The translations under genes were made by a program, and so were the position numbers. 64,000 nucleotides of DNA from Chrysomallon squamiferum (lineage: Eukaryota > Animalia > Mollusca), in the NCBI GenBank assembly GCA_012295275.1, contig CM022677.1, positions 14,694,001-14,758,000 of the forward strand, in the 5' to 3' direction. Under the pieces are notes generated by a model. That model had not been told where the DNA came from. It did no database searches and saw only the letters and a list, made by a program, of their open reading frames with translations. Positions 27,601 through 42,869 of the stretch are shown here, piece after piece (within the stretch, counting starts at the first letter, position 1; every line of letters begins with the position of its first letter).

Positions 27601-29575
27601 TTAAAAAATAACAACAAAACTAGACTTACCTTGTAAATTTATAAGGCGAAGTTCGTGCAGTACAATTATAGCAGTTTTAAAAATAACAACAAAACTAGAC
27701 TTAGCTTGTAAATTTATAAGACAAAGTTCTTGCAGTACAATTATAGCAGTTTTAAAAATAACAACAAAACTAGACTTAGCTTGTAAATTTATAAGGCGAA
27801 GTTCGTGCAATCCAATTATAGCTGAGTTTTAAAAATAACAACAAAACTAGACTTACCTTGTAAATTTATAAGACAAAGTTCTTGCAATCCAATTATAGCA
27901 GTTTTAAAAATAACAACAAAACTAGACTTAGCTTGTAAATTTATAAGACAAAGTTCTTGCAATCCAATTATAGCAGTTTTAAAAATAACAACAAAACTAG
28001 ACTTAGCTTGTAAATTTATAAGACAAAGTTCTTGCAATCCAATTATAGCAGTTTTAAAAATAACAACAAAACTAGACTTAGCTTGTAAATTTATAAGGCG
28101 AAGTTCGTGCAATCCAATTATAGCTGAGTTTTAAAAATAACAACAAAACTAGACTTAGCTTGTAAATTTATAAGGAGAAGTTCGTGCAATCCAATTATAG
28201 CTGAGATTTAAAAATAACAACAAAACTAGACTTAGCTTGTAAATTTATAAGACAAAGTTCTTGCAGTACAATTATAGCAGTTTTAAAAATAAGAACAAAA
28301 CTAGACTTACGTTGTAAATTTATAAGACGAAGTTCATGCAATCCAATTATAGTATAGCAGTTTTAAAAATAACAACAAAACTAGACTTAGCTTGTAAATT
28401 TATAAGACAAAGTTCTTGCAGTACAATTATAGCAGTTTTAAAAATAACAACAAAACTAGACTTAGCTTGTAAATTTATAAGGAGAAGTTCTTGCAGTACA
28501 ATTATAGTATAGCAGTTTTAAAAATAACAACAAAACTAGACTTAGCTTGTAAATTTATAAGACAAAGTTCTTGCAGTACAATTATAGCAGTTTTAAAAAT
28601 AACAACAAAACTAGACTTAGCTTGTAAATTTATAAGGAGAAGTTCTTGCAGTACAATTATAGTATAGCAGTTTTAAAAATAACAACAAAACTAGACTTAG
28701 CTTGTAAATGTATAAGCGAAGTTCGTGCAGTACAATTATAGCAGTTTTAAAAATAACAACAAAACTAGACTTACCTTGTAAATGTATAAGCGAAGTTCGT
28801 GCAGTACAATTATAGCAGTTTTAAAAATAACAACAAAACTAGACTTACCTTGTAAATTTATAAGGAGAAGTTCTTGCAGTACAATTATAGCAGTTTTAAA
28901 AATAACAACAAAACTAGACTTACCTTGTAAATTTATAAGACAAAGTTCTTGCAGTACAATTATAGCAGTTTTAAAAATAACAACAAAACTAGACTTAGCT
29001 TGTAAATTTATAAGACAAAGTTCTTGCAATCCAATTATAGCAGTTTTAAAAATAACAACAAAACTAGACTTACCTTGTAAATTTATAAGGAGAAGTTCGT
29101 GCAATCCAATTATAGCAGTTTTAAAAAATAACAACAAAACAAAACTTTACCTTGTAAATTTATAAGGCAAAGTTCTTGCAGTACAATTATAGCAGTTTTA
29201 AAAATAACAACAAAACCAGACTTACCTTGTAAATTTATAAGGAGAAGTTCAAAAGTGCAATCCAATTTATAGCAGTTTTAAAAATAACAACAAAACTAGA
29301 CTTACCTTGTAAATTTATAAGGCGAAGTTCGTGCAGTACAATTATAGCAGTTTTAAAAATAACAACAAAACCAGACTTACCTTGTAAATTTATAAGGCGA
29401 AGTTCGTGCAGTACAATTATAGCAGTTTTAAAAATAACAACAAAACCAGACTTACCTTGTAAATTTATAAGGCGAAGTTCGTGCAATCCAATTATAGCAG
29501 TTTTAAAAATAACAACAAAACCAGACTTACCTTGTAAATTTATAAGGCGAAGTTCGTGCAGTACAATTATAGCTG
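27601..29575 (-). repeat. 75-bp minisatellite (~26 copies) made of the EGFR L1 exon 3' end, its splice donor and the intron start
   Basis: Minus unit encodes KTAII(G/V)L(H/Q)EL(R/C/L)LINLQ(G/A)KSSFVVIF and contains CAAG|GTAAGT or the variant CAAG|CTAAGT. Confidence 0.95.
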
Positions 29576-30330
29576 ACTATGTTTGATAGTTCAGGGCTAC
29601 CAACAGACTGTAGTGTTCCTGTAAGTGTTGGTACAGAGTTTCACCTCGGATTGTTCTCAGACTTGTCAGGGGGATGTGGTGAGCGTACACGCCCACTATC
29701 AGGATGTACCCCGTCACCTCCTCGATGTTCTCCAGAAAGGACAAGTCGTAGTCGTGGTCGCTGTCAAGAAAAACAATCTCCAAGTTGCCGGCCACATACG
29801 TGCAGTTGGTGTACATTTGTTTGTAAGACTCGTAACGAAAAACTGCGTCTCCCCTAGCAACCAGGCCCTGAGAAGTACCAGTACACACTGAAATATAAAA
29901 CACAGTCATTACTATTGTTGTTCTTCTTGTTATTAATGATACAGTGACTTTAATTAATGACATTATATGCTTTATCTTGAAATAAATCTGATATAATATT
30001 GCAACTAACAAAGTTATTATACTACCAATATTACAATATTTATCAAAGGGAGATTACTCAAAATGTATTTTCCTGGCACATAACAGTTAACAGGAACTAG
30101 TGGTTTGATTTAGCACTTGAAAATTATGTGTGTATGTGTGTGTCTGTGTGTGTGTGTGTGTGTGTGTGTTTGTGTGTGAATTTATATATATGTATGCATC
30201 ATGCAAGTAGATGTGTTTGTGTTTGTTTTTGTATTTCTGTATATGTTTATTGACAAAAAATCTATTATACATACAAACACTTCTGTAAACAATTTAATTT
30301 TTTTTTTTTCTCTTTCATAGTAATAATAAT

Positions 30331-30364
<34 letters not shown>

Positions 30365-31999
30365 GTACTGGTAGTAGTAGTAGTATGTTAATAATAATAA
30401 TTAAAATTTAAAAAATAAAAACCTGACGTCTAATTAACTTAAATTCCTGTCATTCTGTAACTTGGAACACAAATCTCTAAAGAATGTCAACATTTATATT
30501 TGAATACTGCAGTAAAAAGATTTATATTCATTTGTTAAAGTCAATATTGTAAAGAAAGATTATTATTATTATTAAACTCCATACACACCAGAAAATGAAC
30601 TTTAAATAACAAATTTTATTTATTTCATTTTATTACCTATTTAACTTTTATTTAATTATTATTTTATTTGTTGTTTATTTGTCTGTAATGTTTATTTTTC
30701 ATTAATTTAAATTATTTCAATATCAGTTACTATGGTAAACACTGTTTTTTTCTGTTGCCAACATAACCTTGAATGTAGGAAAAAAATAAATAAAAAATAG
30801 GCCTCACTGTTATTGACCAATGAGAAATTCAAAACAGACCAATCATTTCAACTCATTTTGATTAACTGTAACTTGTCATTCACTTATTTTCTTTTGTAAT
30901 ACCAGAAATCTGCAACATTTAAGTGTCTAACAATTACCTGATAACCCAAACAAGACCTCGCGACAATCTCATTGAATCAAATAACAATTAAAACCACCAC
31001 TAATTACATTATCTGAACTGGACATTCTCGTAACTGACCATCAAAACCAAACATTATTCTGTCACCTAAAATGGGCCTAATTGTGATTAAACCAAGAAAA
31101 AAAAAGGAGCAACCCCATGGGAAACTGCAAAATGCAGCACATCTGACCTATTTCCAGCTACTAACTCACCATTATTACTAGTAGCAAACACCTTTTAGTA
31201 AATAAAAAAATAAAACAAGAAAAAGAAAAGACGAAACAAGAGCAGGAATAAAAGGAGTAAGAAATAATAATTTAAAAAAATATATATATCTCTGTATCTC
31301 TCTTTCTCTCTCTCACTGTCTCTCATTCTCTGTCTCTCTCACTCTCTCTCTCTCACTCTCTCTCATAATTATGTTATTTTATTAATATTAAATTTATTTT
31401 AAAATTCATTCAGTTTTAGTTTTTTTGTTTATTCTCAGTACATAATTGTTTTTGTTTTTATTATGAATACTTTTGTAAACTTTAAGTGAAATGAAATAAA
31501 ATAAAACCTTTTTTATAAATTACTCTGTTGTTTGTTTTAACTATTTACTGTAAACATTAAAAATGACTAAATTTTTAAAACCATTTTTTTTTTTCCTCTT
31601 TTCTGTAAACAATTAATTATTATATAAAATAAAATGATTTTTGAAATTTACTATTTTCTATTAAATGAACTAAATATGGTTTTTAAAATTAGTGTGTTTG
31701 TTGTTTGTTTTTAATACTTTCAGTAAACAATTATTAAATGAAATAAAGACAATTTTAAAAACTAAAATTTACTATTTTCTGTAACAATTAATGGAAATAA
31801 AACTGATTTTAAAACAACAATGTGCTTGTTTTCTTTTCAGATAATGTATTACCAACACAACTAACATTTATATATATCATGGGGAGGGTATACAGAGCTG
31901 CTGAGTATGTTTGAGGGGTGGGTTAATTCTCTGGGAAAGGGAAGTGAAACAGTAGATAAGTGCTGGTGTACTAGGACGTTTTGTTAAACAAAAAATTAG

Positions 32000-32032
<33 letters not shown>

Positions 32033-32142
32033 AATAATCAAAAATTAAAGAATTTAATCTTTATAAATTTTATTTTCCATTCCATTTTTTATTATTTATT
32101 TTTAAATTACTTTTTATTTATATATTTTTCATTATTATTATA

Positions 32143-32175
<33 letters not shown>

Positions 32176-32244
32176 CGTTAAATATAAATATAAAATGAAA
32201 AATAAAAATAAAACTAAGGGCCCGGTTAGATATTACAATGATGC

Positions 32245-32444
32245 NNNNNNNNNNNNNNNNNNNNNNNNNNNNNNNNNNNNNNNNNNNNNNNNNNNNNNNN
32301 NNNNNNNNNNNNNNNNNNNNNNNNNNNNNNNNNNNNNNNNNNNNNNNNNNNNNNNNNNNNNNNNNNNNNNNNNNNNNNNNNNNNNNNNNNNNNNNNNNNN
32401 NNNNNNNNNNNNNNNNNNNNNNNNNNNNNNNNNNNNNNNNNNNN
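32245..32444. other. Assembly gap (200 N)
   Basis: Run of exactly 200 N. Confidence 1.
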
Positions 32445-32487
<43 letters not shown>

Positions 32488-35438
32488 GAGAACTGAGTAG
32501 AGTTCCTACAAGCAACCAGCTGTCAATCATCTTCTGAAACCAATAATCCATGTGTGATTATCACTGATCCATGTTGTCTAATCAGCAATCCATCTTTTAA
32601 AAACTGATCTGTATATTCTATCCGTTTATCAGTATGGGCTAACCACTAACCCAACATTTCAGAATCCAGCTTCCTTGATATTGTCAATGCTTATTAGAAA
32701 ATTAGTTTTTCATTTAAATAAATAAACATTTGAACTTGTCAAGTTTTCTAACCACAAACCATTACAAGGTGTGGTGTCTATGATAATAATAATAATAATA
32801 ATAATATATACTTCAGTGGATTTCTGTAAGTATCCATTCAAATCTGGAAAATTCCATGCAATGGGTTCAAAGTCACATGGTTTATTGTGGAGGAAATAAT
32901 GAATAAATATGTAAGTAAAAACTATTAACTGACATATACACATTATTAATAAACTAATTGTTTTTTTGGGGGGATAAAAAAAAACCTGCATAATGCAGTC
33001 ACAAAGAAGAGGTCTTTTTAGACAGTGTCTGTTTTACAGAGGTTGTACTAAGCTGGACAAATTTCAGACACTACACATTTGGACTTGTAACAACTGGATT
33101 GCTAATACAAAGACTGATGTAGCAGATTTACTTGTGTAATAAATATTCCGTGAAATCCTTCAAGCAGTTTTCTACTATTTGGTCTTACTGGGACCAGTTT
33201 CAGTATAAGGGACCATAAGTAACTGACAGTTGCATGTGTTAGCAGCAGTTGTGTTCTTTGACAGTGGTGGTGGCGAGGATGTAATAATAATTACAATAAC
33301 AATAAACATAATAATACAAATGTAATGAGAAATGAAGTAGTGATTGTTAAAACGATGGATCAAAGTAGTGACTGTGGACGAATAAGGATTTAAATGTAAA
33401 CGAGACTAAAGAGTGACAACACAAAACAGAGATGTGACTTTACAAATTTGTGACTAGATATAAAAAAATAATAAATGTTAATAAAATAAATTAAATATTA
33501 ATAAAAGTTTCATCTCCATGACAACAAGAAAATATGTGTCTGTTATTCTATCATGCAGGAAGTTTTATCTAATTTTAAAATTACTTTTATAATGATGCAG
33601 AAAAGACATAATAATAACAATAATAATAATTTAATGCAACCAAAATTAAGCCTGACAAGTCACAATTTTAATAATTTATACATTTCTAAAAGTAAGAATA
33701 AACTTTCCTTCAACCTGTTATCAACCTACACCTAATTTCACAGTGATTGTTTTCAAACTGTGAGAAATGGTTTTTAGAACTGTCACTAAATGAGGAGGAA
33801 AGGTGGATGTGTTTTAAGTAAAAGACTTACAGGAATGACCAGGAATCGGCCAGGATCTCGAGACATTTGGGCAAACTCTTCTGCAAGCTCTTGGAAAGAT
33901 GGACGGCTTTCTGTCTCCAACGTCCAACCTGAAATTTGTTTTAATAATCCAAAAATATCCTCAGTGATTTCAACCATGTAATACTGGACACACACACACA
34001 CACACACACACAAACATTCTCACATACACAAAATACTCACACACACACACACACTCAGGCAAACAAACACAAATATACATATTCTCACAAAACAGAAATA
34101 CACACACCCACACAGACACAGACACACACACATGCACACACAGACACGCACACACACACAGACATACACATGCACACACAGACACACACACACACACACA
34201 TTCACACATTCACACACACACACACACACACACACAGGCACACACACATGCACACACAGACACACACATGCACACACAGACACACACACTCACACACAGA
34301 CACTCACACACACACACACACACACACACAGTTATGCATAATATTGAGAAGCAAACTGCAGTGTCTTTGCCATGATGATGTTTATGACTCACACTGGATC
34401 ATGATGACGTGAACGTAGGCGGAGCAGATTGTGGGCTGTCGTAGTCGCTTTCCACTCTTGAAGAAATTAACAACTTCGTGGAGGCAGATGTTGTTGTATG
34501 GTGTTTGACCAGTAACCCCTGAACAAAAAAACAAACAATTATTTTTAAAAATTAATCACTTCCATCCTTTCAAATTTGTTTACATCCTGTATCAGTGAAA
34601 TGTTTTTACTATCACAAAACAAGAACAGAAAATTAACATTCAATATTTCATTAATGAACCTGTAATATTTGTTTTCATACTTTATTATTATTAAAGATTA
34701 GTATTAAAAATATTAATTTCAAAATGAGTAAGAGAAAGATATTTAGACTGTCTGTTCTTACACTTTAACTTTATTATTTATATTTTTCATTCTACAAGCA
34801 GGTGTTAAAATTGATACATCTTATTCAAATGTCATTTCTGTATTAAGAATTTTGACATCAGTTTTGTGTGTGAATATTCTGTCATGTGTGCACTCCAGAG
34901 CCAACCACCTGAGTGGCATCTGAAACAGAGAAAAAGAATAAAAACCTGTTTTTCATACATTTTCTTGTTTATAGCATAAAATCTGACTTTAATCTTTTCA
35001 AAACTTCACTTCTTCTATGTTCCCTATTATTAAGAAAACAGAATTTAAACTTTTCAACAGTTAAAATATGAATTTGAACCAATTTATCAGTGTTTTTGAT
35101 TAGTAAGAAATGTGAATTACTACTGTTCCACTCACTTTTCCACTAGCAGCTCGGTACTCCTCACTGTAATCAAGAAGTTTAGCTAATCCAAAATCGATGA
35201 TCTTCACCTGATTTGAGGATTGTACTGTACAAAGACAAAAAATAAAATAAACATGATGTCAAAACTTTATTTACTATTTCAGTGATGTAATAATAATAAT
35301 AATAATCATAATTATTATTATTATTATTATTACAATTATTACTTTTATTACTTTCATTATTATTACTATTACTACGATTATTACTATTATTACTGTTATT
35401 ACTATTATAATTACTATAGTTATTATTATTACTGTTGT

Positions 35439-35476
<38 letters not shown>

Positions 35477-37659
35477 TTATTATTTTATTATTATTGCTGC
35501 TATTGTTATTATTACTATTATTTGAAATGTTGAAAATGTACTTACTTATTTATTTATTGTTTTGTAAAGCTGACTAACAAAGATTCTAATTAATCTTTTA
35601 GAGGAAAAATATTTTTTAAAATAGAGAAAGAAATAAAACAAAACTACTTTCTATTGGATCTAGAAAACTTCACCAATTTAAAAAAACAAAAACAAAAAAC
35701 AACAACAAACAAAAAATAAATAACAAAATAACAAAACATAAACAAACAAACAAACAAGAAAATGTGAAATCGAAACTTTATTAAAATGCTTAGTTGACAA
35801 AGAATGCTCACCAAGGACATTTTTTGCAACTAGATCTCTATGGACAATTCCCCTTTCCTCTAAATAAATCATTCCCTGAAAACAACACAGTTTATATGTG
35901 TTGTGTATGTGTGATTAAGCATGTGTCTGTATGTCTCTGTGTGTGTTGTTTGTGTGTGTATTGTCTGTCTGTGTGTGTGTGTATATGTGTACTTGTATGT
36001 ATATGTGAGTTGTGTATGTATGGGTGTGTGTGGGTGTGTATGGGTGTGTATGGGTGTCTATGGGTGTGTATGTGAGTGTTGTGTGGGTGTGTCTGGGTGT
36101 GTGTTGGTGTGTATGAGTGTGTCTGGGTGTGTTGGTGTGTGTGGGTGTGTATTGGTGTGTATGAGTGTGTGTTGGTGTGTGTGGGTGTGTATGGGTGTGT
36201 ATGAGTGTGTGTGTGTTGGTGTGTATGGGTGTGTGTGAGTGTGAGTGTGTATAGGTGTGTCTGGGTGTGTTGGTGCTTGTGGGTGTGTATGGGTGTGTCT
36301 GGGTGTGTATGGGTGTGTGTTGGTGTGTGTGATTGGGTGTGTCTAGGTTTATGTGGGTGTGTATGGGTGTGTGTTGGTGTGTGTGTGTGTGTGGGTGTGT
36401 ATGGGTGTGTGTGGGTGTGACAACACTCACTGTGGCTATCTGACTGCACCAGTTGAGGAGGACTTTAGATCCGATATGGTCTTTGTTTTTTCTCACGTAG
36501 TTGAGGAGGCAGCCAAGTGGCATCAGCTGGGTGATCAACATGGGCTGCGCCGTCATGCACACTGCGAGGATTCTCACACAGCAAGGATGCTGCACTGACG
36601 CCATCACCCTCGCCTCCTCCAACAGCTCCTTGTTCTGGTTAGGAGTCCCCTCCTTTAACACTTTAATAGCTACTGGAATCTTCACATTTTCTCCTTCCGG
36701 TATCCAGTATCCCTGACAGTAACAACAACAATAATAGTAACAACAACAAAAACAACAACAACAACAACAGTAATGATAATATTAATAGCAAAAATAATGA
36801 CAATAATAATAAGAATAGTAGTAATAGTAGTAATAATAGTAACATGACTAGTAGCAGTAGTAGCAACAGTAATGATAGCAAAGGTAATAATGTAAGTAGT
36901 AGTTGTGATAGTAACAGCAGCAGAAGTAGTAGTAATGAAGTAGTAGTTTTTTAGTAGTAACATTGTTTTATTCTCAATATACCGTTCCAAACGCTCTTTT
37001 TAGTAGTTTCATTTCCGATTTTTTATTCTGAGCTGGGCTTTTATATACCGTTCCAGGGGCTGAAAACAGTTATTTATAGATGTGCCAACACAATCCTGCG
37101 TCATGCATTTGTATCAGATTGAAAACCAATGGCTAACAAAATTTTATAATTTTATACATAAAAATTAATTTGTGACAGAAGTGACTATAACTGAAGGATG
37201 TTTGTTTAGATGAATATATAATATAAATATATTACATAAAAAAGTGACTGCACCGAGAAATGTGAGTAAAATATGTGTAATATGTATAAAAGAGACAAGT
37301 GTATGTTTAATCAGTCTGGTAACTCACCTCAGTTTCTTCATGACCAGACATCTTAGCTCTGACTGCCTCGGTCTTCCTCTGCACCATTGTTTTCTTGTGC
37401 CAGAGATATCGAAATCCACCCACAACACACCCGATCAGACACAACCCCCCTGTAACTGCTCCTGAGATTATTAGAATTTTCTTCATTTTATCACTGTGAA
37501 ACATTTCAGAAAATAATAATAGCACAACAATAATAATAATACTAATAAATAAAAAAAAAAATAATAATAATAATAGCAACAACAATAATAATAATACTAA
37601 TAAATAAAAATAAATAATAATAATAATAATAGCACAACAATAATAATAATACTAATAAA

Positions 37660-38286
37660 TTTCAGCAGGTGATAGATTTTGTAAGTGGCCAGGTGGGTGA
37701 TGTGATAAAAGCTTGTGTACTGAAAGAATGGGACACTTATGAAATAACATTAGAAGATGTAATACAAGCCAGAATGATTGCAGAAATTGATGAAATAGAA
37801 TTGAAAGGTCTAAAAATAAAGGCAAGAATTTTAAAATCTGAAACTGTAGTTGTTTCCTTTTTACACTTGCCTGCATACATAGAAGATGAAGAAATTGAAG
37901 AAAAATTGAAAGAAATGAAAATAGAAATTTTAACACCAATTTATAGCAGAGTATACAAAGGGACAAAAATAGCAGATGGCACAAGATATGTGAAAGTGAA
38001 ATTTCCACCCGAAATAAAAAGTCTACCATATTCAATGAAATTTCGGATATACGAAGGAATAAAATATTGTTTTGTATTACATGACAATCAGATAAAAGTC
38101 TGTTACAATTGTATGGCAGACAATCATTTGTTGAAAGACTGTCCAAGTATAACTTGTCATAATTGTAAACAAAAAGGACATTTTCAAGAAACTGCTCTAA
38201 AATTTTTCTGTTTGAAAAGTGTGGAAACAAAGAAGATGAATGTGAGTGTTGGACAGAGTATGACAGTGAAGACACAAAAACAGTGA
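37660..38286 (+). mobile_element. Non-LTR retrotransposon ORF1-like fragment with CCHC zinc knuckles, copy 2 (more intact)
   Basis: ORF 37669..38286: GTRYVKVKFPPEIKSLPYSMKF..YCFVLHDNQIKVCYNCMADNHLLKDCPSITCHNCKQKGHF; frameshift within the second knuckle. Confidence 0.8.
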
Positions 38287-38293
38287 CAGTGAC

Positions 38294-38790
38294 AGTGATG
38301 GTATGGAATATACCAGAGATAATGTAAAATCAAAGGAGAAAAAAGAAAGTGATGGTATGGAGTATACTACAGATAATGTAAAATCAAAGGAGAAAAAAGA
38401 AAGTGATGGTATGGAGTATACTACAGATAATGTAAAATCAAAGGAGAAAAAAGAAAGTGATGGTATGGAGTATACTACAGATAATGTAAAATCAAAGGAG
38501 AAAAAAGAAAGTGATGGTATGGAGTATACTACAGATAATGTAAAATCAAAGGAGAAAAAGAAAAAAGTGTGATGGAATGGAGTATACTACAGATAATGTA
38601 AAATCAAAGGAGAAAAAAAAAAAGTGATGGTATGGAATATACTACAGATAATGTATGTAAAAATCAAAGGAGAAAAAAGAAAGTGATGGTATGGAGTATA
38701 CTACAGATAATGTAAAATCAAAGGAGAAAAAAGAAAGTGATGGTATGGAATATACTACAGATAATGTCAAATCAAAGGAGAAAAAAGAAA
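38294..38790 (+). repeat. 54-bp minisatellite, ~9 copies
   Basis: Same unit as 22627-22958. Confidence 0.93.
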
Positions 38791-38929
38791 GATGGCAAAA
38801 AGTATCCACAGGATAAATAAAAAAATGAAAACCAATAAAAAAAAACAAGACTCAGAAAAATCAAAGGAGAAAAAAAAAGTTTAAAAATGAATTTGAGAGG
38901 ATTTGAAATGAAACAGAGAAGTTTGAAAC

Positions 38930-39595
38930 CAATTTGAGAGATGAAAAAGATGAAACTTGAGAAAATGTTTGAGAAAAAAGTTTGAGATGAAAGTTTGAGA
39001 GATGAAAGTTTGAGATGAATGTTTGAGAGATGAATGTTTGAGATATGGATGTTTGAGATATGGATGTTTGAGAGAGAGATGAATGTTTGAGAAGTTTAAG
39101 ATGGATTTGGAGATGAAAGTTTAAGAGATGAAAGTTTAAGAGATGGAAGTTTGAGAGATGGAAGTTTGAGAGATGAAAGTTTAAGAGATGGAAGTTTGAG
39201 ATGAAAGTTTGAGATATGAATGTTTGAGAGATGGATGTTTGAGAGATGGAAGTTTGAGAGATGGATGTTTAAGAGATGGAAGTTTGAGAGATGGAAGTTT
39301 GAGAGATGAAAGTTTGAGAGATGAAAGTTTAAGAGATGGAAGTTTGAGAGATGAAAGTTTGAGAGATGAAAGTTTGAGAGATTAAGAAGATGGAAGTTTG
39401 AGAGATGAAAGTTTGAGAGATGAAAGTTTGAGAGATGAAAGTTTGAGAGATGAAAGTTTAAGAGATGAATGTTTGAGATATGGATGTTTGAGAGATGGAA
39501 GTTTGAGAGATGGATGTTTGAGAGATGAAAGTTTGAGAGATGGAAGTTTGAGAGATGGAAGTTTAAGAGATGGAAGTTTGAGAGATGAGATGTTT
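38930..39595. repeat. 15-bp minisatellite, roughly 40-45 copies
   Basis: Same unit as 23046-24432. Confidence 0.95.
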
Positions 39596-40379
39596 CACTT
39601 ATTGAAGATGAAAGTTTAGATTACTGAAATTGAGTGACATTTGAGTTGAAAAGATAGAAACCTGATTTATGGAAGCTGAAATATATAAAAAACTGAGTAA
39701 CTGAAAGTTTGAGTTAATGTAGTGAGATAAGTTTGAGTTACTGCAGTGAGATAAGTCTGACTTACTGCAGAGAGATAATTTTGAGTTAAAGAAGTTTGAG
39801 GTAATGAAATTACTGAAGTATTCTCATACACAGATTATGTTATTGTTTAATTAATTTTTAGTATTTTTACTTTTGTTTACCTGGACATTTCCTCACACAC
39901 AGAGATCCCAGTGTGAACTTGGCTTCTGGATTAGGCACCATCTTACCAAGGTCAAGGTCATATGTTTACTGCTGGGGACAGTAGGGCACACAGGCACCTT
40001 CATTCAGGAAATGACGACAAGACTGAAAAAAGCATTAAAAAATAAAACAAATGATAATAATAGTAATAATAATAATAAATATTACTACTAATAAATTTGG
40101 GTTTCAAATGCACACACATGCAATCACAAACAACAGACAGGGTTACATACAGTTTAGTGAGCTAATGTTTGGTCTGAGGTCAAAGTTCAACTCACCTGAC
40201 AGTCGGTGTTCTTGGTTCCGTTACACCCCCCAGCACACTCGGGGTGACAGCACTGGTTCGGCAGTTTCCCATAGCAACGCCCATCACACGAGTCAGCACA
40301 CTCCTCTCCATGACTTACTGAACAACAACAACAAACAATATTAGTAATAATAATAACAATAAGAATAGTAAGAATAATA

Positions 40380-40448
<69 letters not shown>

Positions 40449-40489
40449 ATAACAATAAGAACAATATAATAATAATAATACTAGTAATA

Positions 40490-40537
<48 letters not shown>

Positions 40538-41422
40538 TAATAATAATAATAAATAATAACAGTAATAAATAATAATATTACCAGTAATCCAGTACTAGTA
40601 CTATTACTACTAATAATAGAGACAATAATACTTTTTGTAGCAGTATTAGTAGCAGTAATAGTAATAACAATACTACTACTACTTCTACTACTACTACTAC
40701 TACTACTAATAATAATAATAATAATAATAATGCTTCTTGTGTTATTCTGTTTTGTTAGAAAGTGTTTAAAATACAGAGCACTTAACATGTATTGTAGATA
40801 TTGCAAAATGGAGTTATCTCCCTACATTACAACATGGCTGAAAACAATTTTCCAGTGATTCGTATATTAAAAAAAAAGAAAAAAAAAGATAATAAGCAAA
40901 GTAATCAGTATGTATTTATTTTTATTTAAGACTAAACTGAAAATTAAATATGTGACACTAACACTGTGACTTACATTTCTGGCATGTGACACTAACACTG
41001 TGACTTACATTTCTGACATTGTGACTTACATTTCTGACATTGTGACTTACACTGTCACTGTTTCTGACATTGTGACATTTTCTGACACATTTTTGGTCCT
41101 GGTCCCCTGACACATGTTTGGTCCTGACCCCAGTTTTTTTTTGTTGTTGGCATGTAACAGTTCGGATGACATTCTTCACCTGCAAAATAAATAAATAAAT
41201 AAATAAATAAACAAACAAACAAATAAATAAATAAATAAATAAATAAAAAAAATCAATAAAAAAATAAAAATAAAAATAAAAATAAAATAGAAATATATGT
41301 AAAACAAAGAAACAAAGAATTATTAAAATTCATTAATATCAAAAGGAAAATTTAATAAAATTTAATTATATTAAGAAAAGAGATTTAAATACATATACAG
41401 TATTTATTAATAAATGAATGAA

Positions 41423-41477
<55 letters not shown>

Positions 41478-41682
41478 TATATAATAAAAGACACAGATTT
41501 AAATAAATATAAATATTAATTAACAAATGAATATATGATATAGACATAAGCATGTGTATGTATGTGTGTGTGTGTACATATGTGTAAGTGTGTATAAGCA
41601 TGTGTAGGTATGTGTGTATGTGTGTTGTGTATCTGTTATTGTGTGGCTGTGTATACATAAACACATGTTTGTTCTATACATA

Positions 41683-41741
<59 letters not shown>

Positions 41742-42869
41742 TTAAATAATCTAACATTTTCCTATTAAAAACATTTTCCTGACTTTTGTATATTTGATGA
41801 GACGAGAAATCTTAAAACAGTACAGGTAACAAAGTTTACCTGAGTAATCACTTTTCTGTTGATTACCCTGCGAGTCAAAATAGAATTTGTTCTTGTAACA
41901 GTTACATGTGTTACAACCAGTTAAAGATGATAATGAAGAGAAAAAGTCTGTACAGGATGTGCAAATTTCCACTTTGTTAGAAACAGGCATAGAGGAGGTG
42001 AAACTGTAAGGGGTGTTGTAGTTTTTATATCAGTGATAATAAAATGAAGGTGACTGTTTTTCAGTGAGGTTTCACCAACAGGATCAGTTTTTGTTTGAGC
42101 AAGTAGTAGCATTCTCCTGTTCTGAGTAGAACTCGGTGAATGAATTATCAAAATCTGTAACAGACTTTTTACTATCTATGAGAAGGTATTTATAACATAT
42201 TTTTTCTTGCTGACCAGTGCAAGCAATTATCTGTTTGTTATATCTATCTTCATGATTTACTGGATATACACTGACAGACAGATACACAGACAGACAGAAA
42301 GACTGGCACACACAGAGACAAATACTCACATGGTCAGATATAACCCACTTCATGTTTAAACCCTTCCATCCATCCAAATAATGATCTCTCCTTCAATACA
42401 TCTATATATATCCATCTTTACATGTATCTATATTATATCCATCTATATATATCTATAAATAAATATATCTATATATATCCATCTATAAATACATCTATAT
42501 ATATATCTATAAATATATCTATATATATCCATCTATAAATACATATATATATATATAAATATCCATCTGTAAATACATCTATATCCATATATATATCTAT
42601 ATATATCCATCTGTAAATACATCTATATATATCTATATTCTATATATCCATCTATAAATATATCTATCTCTGTATATATATATATATAAATCTGTAAATC
42701 TGCATATAAATACATGTGTATATCCATCTATAAATACATATGTATATCCATCATAAATACATATGTATATCTATGTATAAATACATCTGTATACTTATGT
42801 ATAAATATATCTGTATATCTATTTATAAATACATTTATATATTCAATATATTCATCCATGCATCAAATG

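Noticed and set aside
27601-29575. 75-bp array as a CRISPR array or a stand-alone LRR gene
   Set aside because: No spacers; the unit is derived from the adjacent EGFR exon/intron junction.
29577-29579. Programmed stop-codon readthrough of the L1 TAG
   Set aside because: Other shared lesions (TAA in the furin-like exon, helix F loss, missing L2/CR2) make simple pseudogenisation more parsimonious.
30726-30850. X-box-like and CCAAT motifs as the EGFR promoter (also ~45274-45390)
   Set aside because: Short motifs in AT-rich DNA; no signal-peptide exon could be identified nearby.
32171-32551. ORFs spanning X residues
   Set aside because: Artefacts of the N gap.
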